The notes under the pieces: generated by a model
What the model saw: only the letters and a program-made list of their open reading frames with translations
What the model was told of the DNA's origin: nothing
Database searches by the model: none
Virus record (IMG/VR): IMGVR_UViG_2740892234_000006
Source of the DNA: a virus
Taxonomy: Duplodnaviria; Heunggongvirae; Uroviricota; Caudoviricetes
Length of the DNA: 5,037 bases
Strand: one strand, 5' to 3'
Translations under genes and position numbers: made by a program
Shown: one piece after another, positions 4,236 through 5,037 of the stretch
How the letters are laid out: each line of letters opens with the position of its first letter
Numbering within the stretch: the first letter of the stretch is position 1

Positions 4236-4321
4236 ACGACCAGCCACTGGCAGATGGTCATCCTGTGATTTGATTCCGCTTCCGGCTTTTTAACTCTGTT
4301 CCTCTACACGGGAGAAATTCG

Positions 4322-5037
4322 ATGTCGATTAAACATTACGATGTTATCAGGGCGGCGTCGCCGTCAGACCTTGCGGAAAAGCTGACACACAAACTGAAAG
4401 AGGGCTGGCAGCCATACGGCGGACCGGTTGCCATTACGCCGTACACACTGATGCAGGCGGTGGCTATTGAAGGAGAGCCACAGGTCGGCCCTTCATCTGA
4501 GCCGGATTGGTACTACGTCATCGTACTGGCCGGGCAGTCCAATGCCATGGCTTACGGTGAAGGGCTTCCGCTGCCGGATTCATACGATGCTCCGGATCCG
4601 CGCATTAAACAGCTGGCGCGCCGCAGTACAGTGACGCCGGGCGGGGCTGTCTGCAGATATAACGATATTATTCCGGCTGACCACTGTCTGCATGATGTGC
4701 AGGATATGAGTACGCTGAATCATCCGAGGGCTGACCTGAGCAAAGGGCAGTACGGCTGTGTCGGCCAGGGTTTACATATTGCCAAAAAACTGCTCCCGTA
4801 TATCCCGAATAACGCGGGGATCCTGCTGGTACCATGCTGTCGTGGTGGTTCGGCATTTACCCAGGGCGCGGAGGGGACATTCAGCGAGTCCACGGGGGCC
4901 AGTCAGGATTCGGCACGCTGGGGAGTGGGCAAGCCGTTATATCAGGATCTGATTTCCCGCACAAAAGCGGCATTGCAGAAAAATCCCAAAAACGTTCTGC
5001 TGGCCGTCTGCTGGATGCAGGGTGAGTTTGACATGAG
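4322..5037 (+). CDS. nanS-p: Prophage sialate O-acetylesterase, NanS-p-like (N-terminal DUF1737 domain plus SASA esterase domain); 3' end beyond the window
   Basis: ATG 4322 with RBS GGGAGA. Frame 2 stays open to the window end, which is why it is absent from the ORF track. N-terminus MSIKHYDVIRAASPSDLAEKLTHKLKEGWQPYGGPVAITPYTLMQAVAIEGE is DUF1737-like; the GQSN motif (4532-4543, ...VLAGQSNAMAYGEG...) is the catalytic-serine signature of SASA-family esterases. This gene class sits downstream of stx2 in Stx phages (recall). Confidence 0.8.
   Translation, partial: MSIKHYDVIRAASPSDLAEKLTHKLKEGWQPYGGPVAITPYTLMQAVAIEGEPQVGPSSEPDWYYVIVLAGQSNAMAYGEGLPLPDSYDAPDPRIKQLARRSTVTPGGAVCRYNDIIPADHCLHDVQDMSTLNHPRADLSKGQYGCVGQGLHIAKKLLPYIPNNAGILLVPCCRGGSAFTQGAEGTFSESTGASQDSARWGVGKPLYQDLISRTKAALQKNPKNVLLAVCWMQGEFDM

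Noticed and set aside
1660-4321. Shiga toxin genes (stxA/stxB) at the position expected from the Q-tRNA-nanS-p architecture
   Set aside because: No ORF of the size or character of StxA (~315 aa) or StxB (~89 aa, signal peptide) is present; the slot is occupied by other small genes. Absence is relative to what is visible, since gaps exist.
4668-5025. ORFs 4668-4856 (-), 4758-4952 (+) and 4834-5025 (+)
   Set aside because: All lie within the nanS-p coding region in other frames or on the opposite strand; the frame-2 esterase ORF with the GQSN motif explains this region.

Overview
Late-regulatory and cargo (moron) region of a lambdoid prophage of Enterobacteriaceae type (E. coli/Shigella-like), with all supported genes on the + strand. 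Order: ninG 3' end, ninH, antiterminator Q, an AT-rich PR'/tR' region with two intrinsic terminators, a DNA methyltransferase remnant, a phage tRNA cluster (Ile2/Met-CAU, Arg-UCG, Arg-UCU plus a broken extra copy), then terminator-bounded cassettes: two small acidic ORFs, a TerB-like gene with a degenerate partial duplicate, and two copies of a ~400 bp structured leader each ending in the start of a DUF1737-type gene. The window ends in the 5' part of a nanS-p-like DUF1737/SASA esterase gene. This is the layout found around stx in Stx-converting phages, but no Shiga toxin genes are present. Four runs of exactly 10 N each sit where a repeat copy is truncated, so the window is probably a scaffold and adjacency across the Ns is uncertain. 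The most interesting signals are the duplicated leader with compensatory base changes in its hairpins (candidate prophage sRNA locus, one copy carrying a GcvB-seed-like tract) and the uncharacterised two-gene acidic cassette in the toxin slot. All family assignments are from recall and motif reading; no searches were run.
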